Positions 1 to 8,865 of a stretch of 64,000 nt of DNA are shown one piece after another. This DNA comes from an uncultured Alphaproteobacteria bacterium. GTDB taxonomy: Bacteria > Pseudomonadota > Alphaproteobacteria > Rs-D84. The position numbers and the translations under genes are program-made. The notes under the pieces are model-generated. The model was not told where the DNA came from and did no database searches. It saw nothing but the letters and a program-made list of their open reading frames with translations. The stretch lies in the NCBI GenBank assembly GCA_937903135.1, contig CALDAH010000016.1:774-64773 (forward strand), in the 5' to 3' direction. Numbering within the stretch: position 1 is the first letter of the stretch; every line of letters starts with the position of its first letter.

Positions 1-414
1 TCTGATCCGTCGAATAAAGGTGAGAAAGATTTTGCATCGCTTCCGTTACAGACTCGAACGCAGATTGAAAAGGCAATTAATGATATTTCTGAATCTCTGG
101 ATTATCAGTTAATGGAAAATTGCGAAGAACTTGGCGGATATTGGCTGGATAACACTAACCAAACCCCTGGGAATTTATTAGTCGCGTTTTATTCGCAATA
201 CTATGGCGGTAATACAAATAAAACTGAAAACGGCAGATGTATTGAAAATACCACTATGGTTCAGTGTTTGAATTATAATACCGATGCCGAACAGGTCGCG
301 ACATATGACAGCGCGCGCGATGAATGTGTATTTAATGATACATGGTATAAAAACAAGTGCGAATCAATCGGCGGATATTATGATGCAGGTGTTTGCTATG
401 TGCCTAAAAAGTAA
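1..414 (+). CDS. Cysteine-rich secreted-protein family member, 3' portion (5' end outside window)
   Basis: Frame 1 is open from base 1 (SDPSNKGEKDFASLPLQ...) and continues into the listed 112..414 ORF. Motifs CEELGGYW and CESIGGYYDAGVCY. A second Cys-rich gene starts 22 nt downstream. Confidence 0.6.
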   Translation, partial: SDPSNKGEKDFASLPLQTRTQIEKAINDISESLDYQLMENCEELGGYWLDNTNQTPGNLLVAFYSQYYGGNTNKTENGRCIENTTMVQCLNYNTDAEQVATYDSARDECVFNDTWYKNKCESIGGYYDAGVCYVPKK

Positions 415-436
415 GCAGGAACAATAAAGAAAAGAC

Positions 437-1825
437 ATGAATAAAAAAGTAGTTTTATCTTTATTTACATATATCGCCTTTACCGGGATGGCAATGGCCG
501 GGGGGCAGACCAATGTATCCGCATTGCGTGGCGCATGGGGTGGCGGGACAATGCGTACATGTGGTTCGCATTCATTAAGCACAGATTCATGCATCGGCGA
601 AAGTGCCGAGGCCGGAAATGCATGCGCCAACTGGAAGGTTAATGCCCGAACGTATACCGATGAATTTATGGTTACCATGATGGTGGCCCGTCGTGTAAAT
701 AATAACGGCGCGTATTTTTGCCCAACCCAGATTGAGGGGCGCAATAAAAACAAAGGACATGCCTGGACAGAATATGCCGATGCATCCCAGGGGAATTCGG
801 CGCTGTGTCATTGGTTATGCAAGCCGGGATATACCGGGGATGAATGTTCCAAGGCTGTATCGTCATCGGGCGGTGAATGTGATTCAACGTTAATGCTGCG
901 TGAAAACTATGCCACAATTCGTCGTGTGGAATCCGGTAATAACATAGAAGATGCCGTTGCCATGTTTGATTTTGATAAAAAGGTCGGATGTGGCGTACAT
1001 CGCACCCAGGAACATGATACCATATTAGCGATTGAATCATGGTTGCCAAATGGTCATGGCGCATGGGTTCAGCAATTTATTGTCCGCGCCGAACGCAGGG
1101 GTTGGTCAGATATGGATTCAACCGCGACAATTTACCCGGCGACAAACGCTAAAAAAATATTAGTATGCAAGATTGGGTATACAGTAAATTCGGCCGGGAC
1201 AAACTGCGAACCGATTAATCGCGATGCGTGCCCGGAAAGTGCGGCGGATAAACTGGCGGCACTGTGTTCGGGGTGGAACGCGGCGGATTATAATTCATTA
1301 ATTCATGATTTTAAATTGGTCGGGTCCTGCTATCAGCTTAGATGTATTCAGTCGGGATACGCATTTCCGTCATCCGGCGATAAATCATGCAAGGCGTGTA
1401 CGCAAAATATGCGGGGCGGCGTATCGCCATTGGACGGAACGTGCAAGGTTTGTGACACCGGCAAGATTTTTAATGAAAATGCCCCAAGCAGCGGATATTG
1501 TACCGATACGGCGGCGTATTCAAAGACGGATATGCTATATGGTGCGGGGAAAACGCGTAATACCGCCGGGGATTTAAAAAATCACTGCTGGCCGTTGGCG
1601 ACCCCCGATGAGTATAAGAAATGTGTTGAAAACGGCACTGCGGCCGGGGTCGCGTCCACGAATAATTCGTTTAATATGGCAAATGATATACAATTAATTG
1701 ATGTTAAACTGGATGCCCCGATAAAACCAACGTCGCCGATTATAAATAACCCAATTAAATATAATCCGTCGTTGCCGTCAAATAATTTACTAAAAACAAC
1801 GATTTCAACGCAAACATTAATATAA
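437..1825 (+). CDS. Cysteine-rich secreted protein (462 aa) with EGF-like Cys spacing
   Basis: Signal-like N-terminus MNKKVVLSLFTYIAFTGMAMAGG. Many Cys, including LCHWLCKPGYTGDECSK and CKACTQN...GTCKVCDTG. Pro/Asn-rich C-terminal tail. A hairpin terminator follows. Confidence 0.7.
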   Translation: MNKKVVLSLFTYIAFTGMAMAGGQTNVSALRGAWGGGTMRTCGSHSLSTDSCIGESAEAGNACANWKVNARTYTDEFMVTMMVARRVNNNGAYFCPTQIEGRNKNKGHAWTEYADASQGNSALCHWLCKPGYTGDECSKAVSSSGGECDSTLMLRENYATIRRVESGNNIEDAVAMFDFDKKVGCGVHRTQEHDTILAIESWLPNGHGAWVQQFIVRAERRGWSDMDSTATIYPATNAKKILVCKIGYTVNSAGTNCEPINRDACPESAADKLAALCSGWNAADYNSLIHDFKLVGSCYQLRCIQSGYAFPSSGDKSCKACTQNMRGGVSPLDGTCKVCDTGKIFNENAPSSGYCTDTAAYSKTDMLYGAGKTRNTAGDLKNHCWPLATPDEYKKCVENGTAAGVASTNNSFNMANDIQLIDVKLDAPIKPTSPIINNPIKYNPSLPSNNLLKTTISTQTLI

Positions 1826-1827
1826 AA

Positions 1828-1857
1828 AAATCCCCTGCGATTGGGGACTTTTTTTTA
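1828..1857. terminator. Bidirectional hairpin terminator between convergent genes
   Basis: AAAAAAATCCCC-TGCGAT-TGGGGACTTTTTTTT: an A-run and a T-run flank a TCCCC/GGGGA stem. It sits between the 437..1825 (+) and 1871..2284 (-) stops. Confidence 0.6.
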
Positions 1858-1870
1858 ATTATTATCTTAA

Positions 1871-2284
1871 CTATTCCGATCCGTTCAGTGCCCGAAGCAT
1901 TTGCATAATCATTTTACGCTGTTCGTCATTTGGCAATTTCCAATATAATTTTATTAATAACAATGATTCATTTTTGCCAAGTGGATCTTCACTTTTGGGA
2001 TCACAGATTCGCAACGGGCGACCACTGCGATTTTCTTCGGGCATGTTCCCAGGCAGGCCGCTGAAAAAAAATGATACAGGGGTTTCCAATGCCGCGCTAA
2101 GTTCAAACAGGCGGGATGCAGATATGCGATTCCCGGCAGTTTCATATTTCTGGATCTGTTGAAATGTCACACCGCATATTTTAGCCAAATCTTTTTGTGA
2201 CAGCCCCATCATAGTGCGGCGTAACTGAACCCGTTGACCGATATGTTCGTCAACAGAAGTCGGCATAAAAGGCTTACCACTCAT
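1871..2284 (-). CDS. XRE/Cro-C1 family helix-turn-helix transcriptional regulator
   Basis: IGQRVQLRRTMMGLSQKDLAKICGVTFQQIQKYETAGNRISASRLFELS is a textbook HTH_3 (XRE) motif. Confidence 0.85.
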   Translation of the reverse strand: MSGKPFMPTSVDEHIGQRVQLRRTMMGLSQKDLAKICGVTFQQIQKYETAGNRISASRLFELSAALETPVSFFFSGLPGNMPEENRSGRPLRICDPKSEDPLGKNESLLLIKLYWKLPNDEQRKMIMQMLRALNGSE

Positions 2285-2417
2285 TTTTTCATATCCCCCA
2301 ATAGTAAATGTTTAAGAAATGCTTCCTAATGTTTATTTATACAATTTTTCTTTTTGCTTTGCAATCAAAAAAGGGATGTGATACTGTTTTATGCGAATTT
2401 AACAAATGGGGGAACAT

Positions 2418-3893
2418 ATGACAAAACCGCTGGTTTTATGCATTATGGACGGTGTTGGAATTAACAGTAATAAATCCCATAATGCCGTTGCATTGGCAAA
2501 AATGCCTTATTTTAATGACTTATTGAAAAAATACCCGCATTCGGTTCTGGATGCAAGTGGCCCGGCCGTCGGATTGCCCGATAATACCATGGGAAATTCA
2601 GAGGTCGGTCATATAACAATCGGGGCCGGCCGCGTGGTAAATCAATTCTTGCGCAGATTTCAGATTGAAAACTGGGATAATAACCCTGCACTGCGTGATT
2701 TTATTGCCGCGGTAAAAAATGACGGCGGAATCGTTCATATGGCGGGGCTGATGTCCGACGGGCGTGTGCATGCCGATATTCGTGATATGATGCTGATTGC
2801 CCGCCGGGTATTAGATGCCGGATTGCGCGTATGTATTCATTTTATTGCCGATGGTCGTGATACCCTGCCCCAGTCTGCGCCGGAATATATCGCGTTGATT
2901 AAGGACGTGCTGGGCGAATATTTATCTGATGGTCGGGCGTTTTTCGGGACGATATCCGGGCGGTATTATGCAATGGATCGCAATCAGAATATGGATCGCA
3001 CGGATATGGCCGCGGCGGCGATTACCCGTGGTGTGGCCGAATATAACGCGCCGACAATTGACGAAGGGCTGGCGGCGGCATATGCCCGCGGTGAAACGGA
3101 CGAGTTTATTCGCCCGACCGTACTCGCAGGTGACGTGGCAATACGCCCGTGTGACGGTTTCTTGTTCGGGAATTATCGCAGTGATCGCGCACGTCAGATT
3201 ATGCGTGCAATTCTGCCGACCGGGGCGCATATTTTATGCTTTTCCCAATATGGCGAGGGGTTAAATGAGCTATGCCCGGCATTGTTGCCGGATGTTCCGG
3301 TTAAAAATACATTGGGCGACGTACTGGAACAAAACGGTAAATCACAGCTGCGTATCGCAGAAACAGAAAAGTATAACCACGTTACATACTTCTTTGATGC
3401 GGAACGAAATGTTGACTTTCGCGGCCAGAAAAAGGTTTTAATAAATTCGCCTGCCGTTGCGACATTTGATATGAAACCAGAAATGTCAGCGGTTGAGATT
3501 ACAGATGCGCTAATGCCGCTGTTATCGGATTTTGACGTTGTAATATTAAACTTTGCAAACGGTGATATGGTAGGTCATACCGGGAACGAGGCTGCAACAA
3601 TAACCGCGATGGAGGTTTTAGACGCCCAACTGGCGCGGATCGTGCCGGCCGTATTAGCACTGGACGGGACGGTTCTGATTACCGCAGATCACGGGAATGC
3701 AGAAAAGCTGTGGGATGATGAAAATAACCTGCCGTGGACGGCGCATACGACCAATCCGGTAAATTTAATCGTTGTGTCAAATGCCGATCATGCGGTTGCA
3801 AACGGTGGGTTGGCCGATATTGCCCCGACGATGCTGCATCTGCTGAATATCCCCCAGCCCGGGGATATGACCGGACATAATCTGGTTGATTAG
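2418..3893 (+). CDS. gpmI: 2,3-bisphosphoglycerate-independent phosphoglycerate mutase
   Basis: ORF 2406..3893. LCIMDGVGIN, MGNSEVGHITIGAGR and NFANGDMVGHTG...ADHGNAE are iPGM signatures. SD GGGGGA lies 6 nt before ATG 2418, so I prefer that start. Confidence 0.93.
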   Translation: MTKPLVLCIMDGVGINSNKSHNAVALAKMPYFNDLLKKYPHSVLDASGPAVGLPDNTMGNSEVGHITIGAGRVVNQFLRRFQIENWDNNPALRDFIAAVKNDGGIVHMAGLMSDGRVHADIRDMMLIARRVLDAGLRVCIHFIADGRDTLPQSAPEYIALIKDVLGEYLSDGRAFFGTISGRYYAMDRNQNMDRTDMAAAAITRGVAEYNAPTIDEGLAAAYARGETDEFIRPTVLAGDVAIRPCDGFLFGNYRSDRARQIMRAILPTGAHILCFSQYGEGLNELCPALLPDVPVKNTLGDVLEQNGKSQLRIAETEKYNHVTYFFDAERNVDFRGQKKVLINSPAVATFDMKPEMSAVEITDALMPLLSDFDVVILNFANGDMVGHTGNEAATITAMEVLDAQLARIVPAVLALDGTVLITADHGNAEKLWDDENNLPWTAHTTNPVNLIVVSNADHAVANGGLADIAPTMLHLLNIPQPGDMTGHNLVD

Positions 3894-3898
3894 TCATA

Positions 3899-3924
3899 GC
3901 CGCCATATGGCGGCTGTTTTTTTA
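3899..3924 (+). terminator. Intrinsic terminator of gpmI
   Basis: AGCCGCC-ATAT-GGCGGCT followed by GTTTTTTT. Confidence 0.75.
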
Positions 3925-3983
3925 CGCATCGTGCGGGTCGGTATGTTGGATTATGTCATGCGGAATATTTGTTTATTTATGCC

Positions 3984-4012
3984 TTGTATTTATTCCCCAA
4001 ATATTATATAAT
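3984..4012 (+). promoter_or_regulatory. Sigma70-like promoter TTGTAT-17 nt-TATAAT (leader A)
   Basis: TTGTAT 3984-3989, 17-nt spacer, TATAAT 4007-4012. The same hexamers and spacing recur at 19914-19942. Confidence 0.55.
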
Positions 4013-4018
4013 CCTGGC

Positions 4019-4264
4019 GTCGGCGGGTGTTCTGCTGATGGGGTGTAACGATCCTGCATACGCATTAGAAATAATAGGCAGTGTTTTTAATACTGCCCGG
4101 TTGTTTTTCTGATGAAAACTCCTGATCCCAATGACCGGGTCAGGAGGGTTGCTTAATAACCGTATCATAGGGGAATCAGCAACACAATTCGTATGATTGT
4201 CGTTAACCTCCTGACCACCATATGTTTTGGTGGTTTTTATATACAGTTATCAGGAGGATAAATA
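4019..4264 (+). promoter_or_regulatory. Structured 5' leader A: hairpin P1 / SD mimic / anti-SD / intrinsic terminator upstream of a Cys-rich gene
   Basis: H0 4077-4097. P1 is CTCCTGATCC 4119-4128 paired with GGGTCAGGAG 4137-4146. CCTCCTGACC 4207-4216 is complementary to 4138-4147. Terminator ACCACCA/TGGTGGT+TTTTT at 4214-4238. The SD TCAGGAGG 4250-4257 is identical to 4140-4147. Confidence 0.55.
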
Positions 4265-4900
4265 ATGAAACGATATTTGCTGTTAACGTTTTCCGGGATG
4301 ATGGTTATATGCCCCCATGGATTGTTCGCGGGTGCGCGAATTGAATGCAATGGCGGTATAACATATTCAACGTGCGCGGAGTCCAACCCTGATAATCCGA
4401 CCAGTTGCAATGTAGTAAATTCGGCCGAGATGGTTATATACGACGCAGCGCAAAAATGCGCGGCAATCAGTACCGTTTGGTACAAAGGGCGCGGAATTAT
4501 GAACTGTGATCGCTGCATAGATGGCGCGGTTAAGGTCAATGTCAACTTTACCCTGGATACGGGATGCCAGGCATATTATGATTATTGTAAATGTCAGCGG
4601 ACGACGACGTGTTCGGCCGGGACGTGGTATTCGGCCGGCGCAGGATATGAACAACGAACAAATCAATACGACTTATGCGGGACATGTAAAACCAAAACGG
4701 AATACAGATGTGCCGCCGGATATTGGGGCAGCCCATCCAGTGCCACGTCCGGATGCACGGCGTGTGATAAACTTGGCGGGCATGGGACATCTGCGGCCGG
4801 GTCAACGTCGCGAACAAAATGCTATGTCCCGGCCGGTGCTGCGATAACTGATAATATCGGGACGTATAAATTTTCAAATAACTGCTATTACAGCAATTAA
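4265..4900 (+). CDS. Cysteine-rich secreted protein (211 aa), family with C-terminal GTYxF/YxxxC motif
   Basis: Signal-like MKRYLLLTFSGMMVICPHGLFAG. Strong SD AGGAGG. CxxC/GYW modules (CSAGTWYSAG, CAAGYWGSPSSATSGCTACD). C-terminus TDNIGTYKFSNNCYYSN. Confidence 0.75.
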   Translation: MKRYLLLTFSGMMVICPHGLFAGARIECNGGITYSTCAESNPDNPTSCNVVNSAEMVIYDAAQKCAAISTVWYKGRGIMNCDRCIDGAVKVNVNFTLDTGCQAYYDYCKCQRTTTCSAGTWYSAGAGYEQRTNQYDLCGTCKTKTEYRCAAGYWGSPSSATSGCTACDKLGGHGTSAAGSTSRTKCYVPAGAAITDNIGTYKFSNNCYYSN

Positions 4901-4909
4901 TATTATGAT

Positions 4910-5371
4910 TTATTTTTGTTTTTTTGCCGCCTGACGTCGGGCAACAAAAAAGGTGCGCAGCAAATCTGCGGATTCCGAGGCGTATTCGCATATTTGTTCA
5001 ACCGCCGGACGCCATAGATGGCGATCGGTTTCATATACACGCGCATTGGCGGTAATGCCCCCGCCCTTTTCGTCGGTCGCAGCAAAATATATTTTATTTA
5101 TTCGCGCAAAGGATATCGCCGTTGCGCACATTGCGCACGGTTCAAGGCTTACGTATATATCGCAGTCATCAAGGAACTTTGCCCCGAGTTTTTTACACGC
5201 GCGCTGAATTGCAACAATCTCGGCGTGCAGGGTCGGATTTTTTTTATGCTGCACCTGGTTTTCCCCGCGGGCAATTATTTTCCCATCGCGAACAATAACC
5301 GCCCCGATCGGAACGTCTGAGTGCGCGGCGGCGCGTTTCGCCAAAATTAATGCTTGTTTCATAAAATCCAT
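4910..5371 (-). CDS. tadA: tRNA adenosine(34) deaminase
   Basis: HAEIVAI ... PCAMCATAI zinc-binding CDA motifs. About 150 aa. Confidence 0.9.
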   Translation of the reverse strand: MDFMKQALILAKRAAAHSDVPIGAVIVRDGKIIARGENQVQHKKNPTLHAEIVAIQRACKKLGAKFLDDCDIYVSLEPCAMCATAISFARINKIYFAATDEKGGGITANARVYETDRHLWRPAVEQICEYASESADLLRTFFVARRQAAKKQK

Positions 5372-5388
5372 ACGATAAAGTATAAAGT

Positions 5389-5955
5389 ATGGAATCTAAA
5401 TTGCAAATTATTTCAGGTGCATATCGCGGGCGCAAACTGAACTTACCACGCGGGGCGCGACCGACCCAAAATCGGGCACGGATCGCGTTATTTAATATGC
5501 TGGATGCGGGAATTATTAGCCCCGGGGATACTATGAATGTATGGGACGCGTTTGCTGGCAGCGGTGCGTTCGGCATAGAATGTTTGTCGCGATATGCCGG
5601 GGCAAATGTGGTCTTTACCGATATATCGGCGGATTCGCTGAAAACCATACGCGCAAATTTATCCGCGCTGGATATCGGCAGTCGCGCGGTGGTTTTAAAC
5701 GCAGATGCAATTACCGCGGCCGATAAATACGCCGCTGTGTCCGATTTAATATTTATTGACCCACCGTATTCAGAATCAGCCCTAGGGGCGGCATTGGTGC
5801 GAAAAATCGCAGGCAGCGTTCGCGCCGGAACAATTGTTATATGGGAACAAGACGGCCCGTCGGCCGTAATGCCGAATGCGGATGCGTGGGATATTTTGCG
5901 TGATAAAAAATACGGTCGGGCACGTTTTTTCATTATGCAGCGACACGATAAATAA
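5389..5955 (+). CDS. rsmD: 16S rRNA (guanine966-N2)-methyltransferase
   Basis: IISGAYRGRKL...PTQNRARIALFNML, DAFAGSGAFGIE and IFIDPPY motifs. Confidence 0.85.
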   Translation: MESKLQIISGAYRGRKLNLPRGARPTQNRARIALFNMLDAGIISPGDTMNVWDAFAGSGAFGIECLSRYAGANVVFTDISADSLKTIRANLSALDIGSRAVVLNADAITAADKYAAVSDLIFIDPPYSESALGAALVRKIAGSVRAGTIVIWEQDGPSAVMPNADAWDILRDKKYGRARFFIMQRHDK

Positions 5956-6058
5956 AAATCTTGATTTTTCAATATTTTTAATAAATAATATGTCCCGCGC
6001 GACACCCTTGGAGGTCGCATCCTAAAAACACAAACGCTAAAGCTAAAAAGGATAAAAA

Positions 6059-6676
6059 ATGGCAATAAATGTAAATGCAGAAATTCGCAACGTCGCCGGC
6101 AAGGGGGCCGCACGTAGCATCCGCAATAACAAAAATATCCCCGCTGTTATTTATGGTGAAAAGAAAGCGCCGGTTGCAATTGAACTAAACGGGCGTGACT
6201 TTGAAATGCTGTTAAAGCAACCATATTTGCGGACTAAATTATTCCAGATTAAAACTGCAAACGGCACAGAAGATGCGATGTTAATGGACATTCAGTATCA
6301 CCCTGTTACCGATGCGGTTGTTCACGTTGATTTCAAACGTATTGATGTTAAAAGCCCGGTTAACGTTGTTGTCCCGGTTGAGGTTATTAATGCCGAAACA
6401 TCCAAGGGTTTGAAACTGGGTGGCGTATTGAACTTTGCGGTACGTAAGGTTGCATTGCGTGGTTTAATTGATGTAATCCCGGAAAAGATTACAATTGATT
6501 TGGCGACAATGACAATTGGTGATTCCGTTCACGGTACGGATTTAGTATTGCCGGCCGGCGTTGAACTGGGACTGCACCAGGCAGAATTAGCATTCGCAAC
6601 AATTGGCGGTAAAATGCCAGAAGAAGCTGATGCAAATAAATCTGCTGCACCGGCTGCTGCCCCTGCAAAAAAATAA
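6059..6676 (+). CDS. rplY: 50S ribosomal protein L25 (Ctc form)
   Basis: R..GKGAARSIRNNKNIPAVIYG, HPVTDAVVHVDFKRI, two-domain length of about 205 aa with an Ala/Pro/Lys tail. Confidence 0.9.
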   Translation: MAINVNAEIRNVAGKGAARSIRNNKNIPAVIYGEKKAPVAIELNGRDFEMLLKQPYLRTKLFQIKTANGTEDAMLMDIQYHPVTDAVVHVDFKRIDVKSPVNVVVPVEVINAETSKGLKLGGVLNFAVRKVALRGLIDVIPEKITIDLATMTIGDSVHGTDLVLPAGVELGLHQAELAFATIGGKMPEEADANKSAAPAAAPAKK

Positions 6677-6696
6677 GTTTTAATAAACTAAATAAT

Positions 6697-6721
6697 AACC
6701 GTCCGAATGGGCGGTTTTTTC
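6697..6721 (+). terminator. Intrinsic terminator of rplY
   Basis: CCGTCC-GAAT-GGGCGG stem followed by TTTTTT. Confidence 0.7.
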
Positions 6722-6773
6722 ATACTAAAAAATATTCCGCAATTGATTTTTTTTATTATTTTTTTCCTGTGGC

Positions 6774-6802
6774 CTTGAAAGACGTTTTAGTATTCACTAT
6801 AT
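6774..6802 (+). promoter_or_regulatory. Putative RpoH (sigma32)-type heat-shock promoter of dnaK
   Basis: CTTGAAA (6774-6780), then a 15-nt gap from CTTGAA, then CACTATAT (6795-6802). Compare the E. coli sigma32 consensus CTTGAA-N13-17-CCCCATNT. Located 35 nt upstream of the dnaK ATG. Confidence 0.4.
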
Positions 6803-6836
6803 GGTGTCTAAAGCAGATATTTTAAGGAGTAAAAAA

Positions 6837-8735
6837 ATGGGAAAAGTTATAGGTATTGATTTAGGGACAACTAATTCCGCCATGGCATTTATGGACGGAT
6901 CAGATCCTAAGATTATTGAAAATTCCGAAGGGCAGCGCACTACCCCGTCGGTGGTTGCATTAACGTCCGGCGGCGAACAGCTGGTTGGGATTACCGCAAA
7001 AAACCAAGCGGTTACAAATCCTGAAAACACAATATATGAAATCAAACGTTTAATGGGTCTGCGATTTGACAGCGTCGCCGTTCGTGATATTGATGCGCGC
7101 GTGCCATATAAAATCGTTGCCGGCGATAACGGTGACGCATGGGTTGAAATGGAAGGGAAAAAATACGCCCCGTCACAGATATCAGCTATGATTTTGGCAA
7201 AATTGAAAAAAGATGCCGAAAGCTATTTAGGCGAAACTGTAACCGATGCGGTTATTACCGTTCCGGCATATTTTAACGATTCACAGCGCCAGGCGACAAA
7301 AGACGCCGGTCGTATCGCCGGATTAAATGTTTTGCGCATTGTAAACGAACCGACGGCGGCCGCGTTGGCATATGGTCTGGAAAAGAACAAAAACGGAACA
7401 ATTGCCGTATACGATTTAGGCGGCGGTACATTTGACGTATCTATTTTGGAAATTGTTGACGGCGTGTTTGAGGTAAAATCAACAAACGGCGATACAGCAT
7501 TGGGCGGATCAGATTTTGATGCACGTATTTTAGAATATTTGATTTCTGAATTTAAATCACAGACCGGAATTGATCTGTCAACGGATAAATTAGCACTGCA
7601 GCGTTTAAAAGAAGCGGCCGAAAAAGCAAAGATTGAATTATCATCAAAAACATCAACTGATATTAACCTGCCGTTCTTAACCGCGGATGCGACCGGGCCT
7701 AAGCACTTTAATACAACGCTTACGCGCGCTAAACTGGAATCGTTGGTTGATGATTTAATTCAGCGTACAATTGAACCGTGCCGTAAAGCATTGGCAGATG
7801 CCGGAATTGAAAAAAGCCAGATTGACGAGGTGATCCTGGTCGGTGGCCAGACCCGCATGCCAAAGGTTGCAGAAACGGTTAAAGAATTCTTTGGGCGCGA
7901 ACCACACAAAGGCGTTAACCCGGACGAAGTTGTTTCACTTGGCGCTGCAATTCAGGGCGGCGTTTTAAAGGGCGACGTAAAGGATGTTTTATTGCTGGAC
8001 GTTACCCCGTTATCACTGGGTATTGAAACCCTGGGCGGTGTATTTACCCGTTTAATTGATCGTAATACAACAATCCCGACGAAAAAATCCCAGGTATTCA
8101 GCACGGCCGAAGATAATCAGTCTGCGGTTACAATTCGCGTGTTCCAGGGTGAACGCGATATGGCGGCGGACAATAAACTGCTGGGCCAGTTTAATCTGGA
8201 AGGTATTGCACCTGCCCCACGTGGGTTGCCCCAGATCGAAGTGTCGTTTGACATTGACGCAAACGGTATTGTTCACGTATCGGCCAAAGACAAAGGCACG
8301 GGCAAAGAACAGACGATTTCAATTAAATCCGACGGAGGCCTGTCCGAAGATGAAATTAAGCGTATGGTTGACGAAGCGGCGGCAAATGCAGACGCGGATA
8401 AACGCAAACGCGAACTGGCCGAGGCAAAAAATACAGCCGAAACCGCAGTGTTTAGCATTGAAAAGTCGTTAAAAGAACATGGCGATAAAATCAGTGCCGA
8501 CGAGAAAAAGGCCATAGAGGACGCCAAACAAGAACTGGCGGATGAATTAGCAAAGGCCGATGCAACCGCTGAGTCATTAAAGGCAAAAACGGATGCATTG
8601 ACCGAAAAAGCGATGAAACTGGGCGAAGCGGTTTATAAAGCGTCCCAGGAAGCGCAGAACGCAGGTGCGGGATCTGATGAAAACAAGCCATCAGATGACG
8701 GCGCGCGTGACGCGGATTTTACTGAAAAGAAATAA
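6837..8735 (+). CDS. dnaK: Molecular chaperone DnaK (Hsp70)
   Basis: [35 protein letters not shown] and the rest. AGGAG SD before ATG 6837. The listed ORF start 6801 is an upstream in-frame GTG-type extension. Confidence 0.97.
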   Translation: MGKVIGIDLGTTNSAMAFMDGSDPKIIENSEGQRTTPSVVALTSGGEQLVGITAKNQAVTNPENTIYEIKRLMGLRFDSVAVRDIDARVPYKIVAGDNGDAWVEMEGKKYAPSQISAMILAKLKKDAESYLGETVTDAVITVPAYFNDSQRQATKDAGRIAGLNVLRIVNEPTAAALAYGLEKNKNGTIAVYDLGGGTFDVSILEIVDGVFEVKSTNGDTALGGSDFDARILEYLISEFKSQTGIDLSTDKLALQRLKEAAEKAKIELSSKTSTDINLPFLTADATGPKHFNTTLTRAKLESLVDDLIQRTIEPCRKALADAGIEKSQIDEVILVGGQTRMPKVAETVKEFFGREPHKGVNPDEVVSLGAAIQGGVLKGDVKDVLLLDVTPLSLGIETLGGVFTRLIDRNTTIPTKKSQVFSTAEDNQSAVTIRVFQGERDMAADNKLLGQFNLEGIAPAPRGLPQIEVSFDIDANGIVHVSAKDKGTGKEQTISIKSDGGLSEDEIKRMVDEAAANADADKRKRELAEAKNTAETAVFSIEKSLKEHGDKISADEKKAIEDAKQELADELAKADATAESLKAKTDALTEKAMKLGEAVYKASQEAQNAGAGSDENKPSDDGARDADFTEKK

Positions 8736-8757
8736 TCAGAATATCGCTATGATTATA

Positions 8758-8786
8758 CCCCACACAAATGTGTGGGGATTTTTTTG
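8758..8786 (+). terminator. Intrinsic terminator of dnaK
   Basis: CCCCACACA/TGTGTGGGG stem followed by ATTTTTTT. Confidence 0.75.
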
Positions 8787-8865
8787 TGGTTTTAGCGTTG
8801 CGGTGTGAATGTTTTTATTTAAAAACGCGAAATAAAAATCCCGCGTTGGCGGGATCTGGGGGGGA

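Noticed and set aside
4112-4156. A 14-codon upstream ORF (MKTPDPNDRVRRVA) that exactly spans hairpin P1 of leader A, which would suggest leader-peptide attenuation.
   Set aside because: There is no Shine-Dalgarno upstream of its ATG, and no equivalent short ORF with a start codon in the homologous leader B. It is not called, although leader-peptide control cannot be fully excluded.
5244-6113. A 289-aa minus-strand ORF.
   Set aside because: It lies entirely antisense to rsmD, which has clear motifs, and to the rplY upstream region. Its composition is Arg/Ser/Pro-rich and looks like a shadow ORF.
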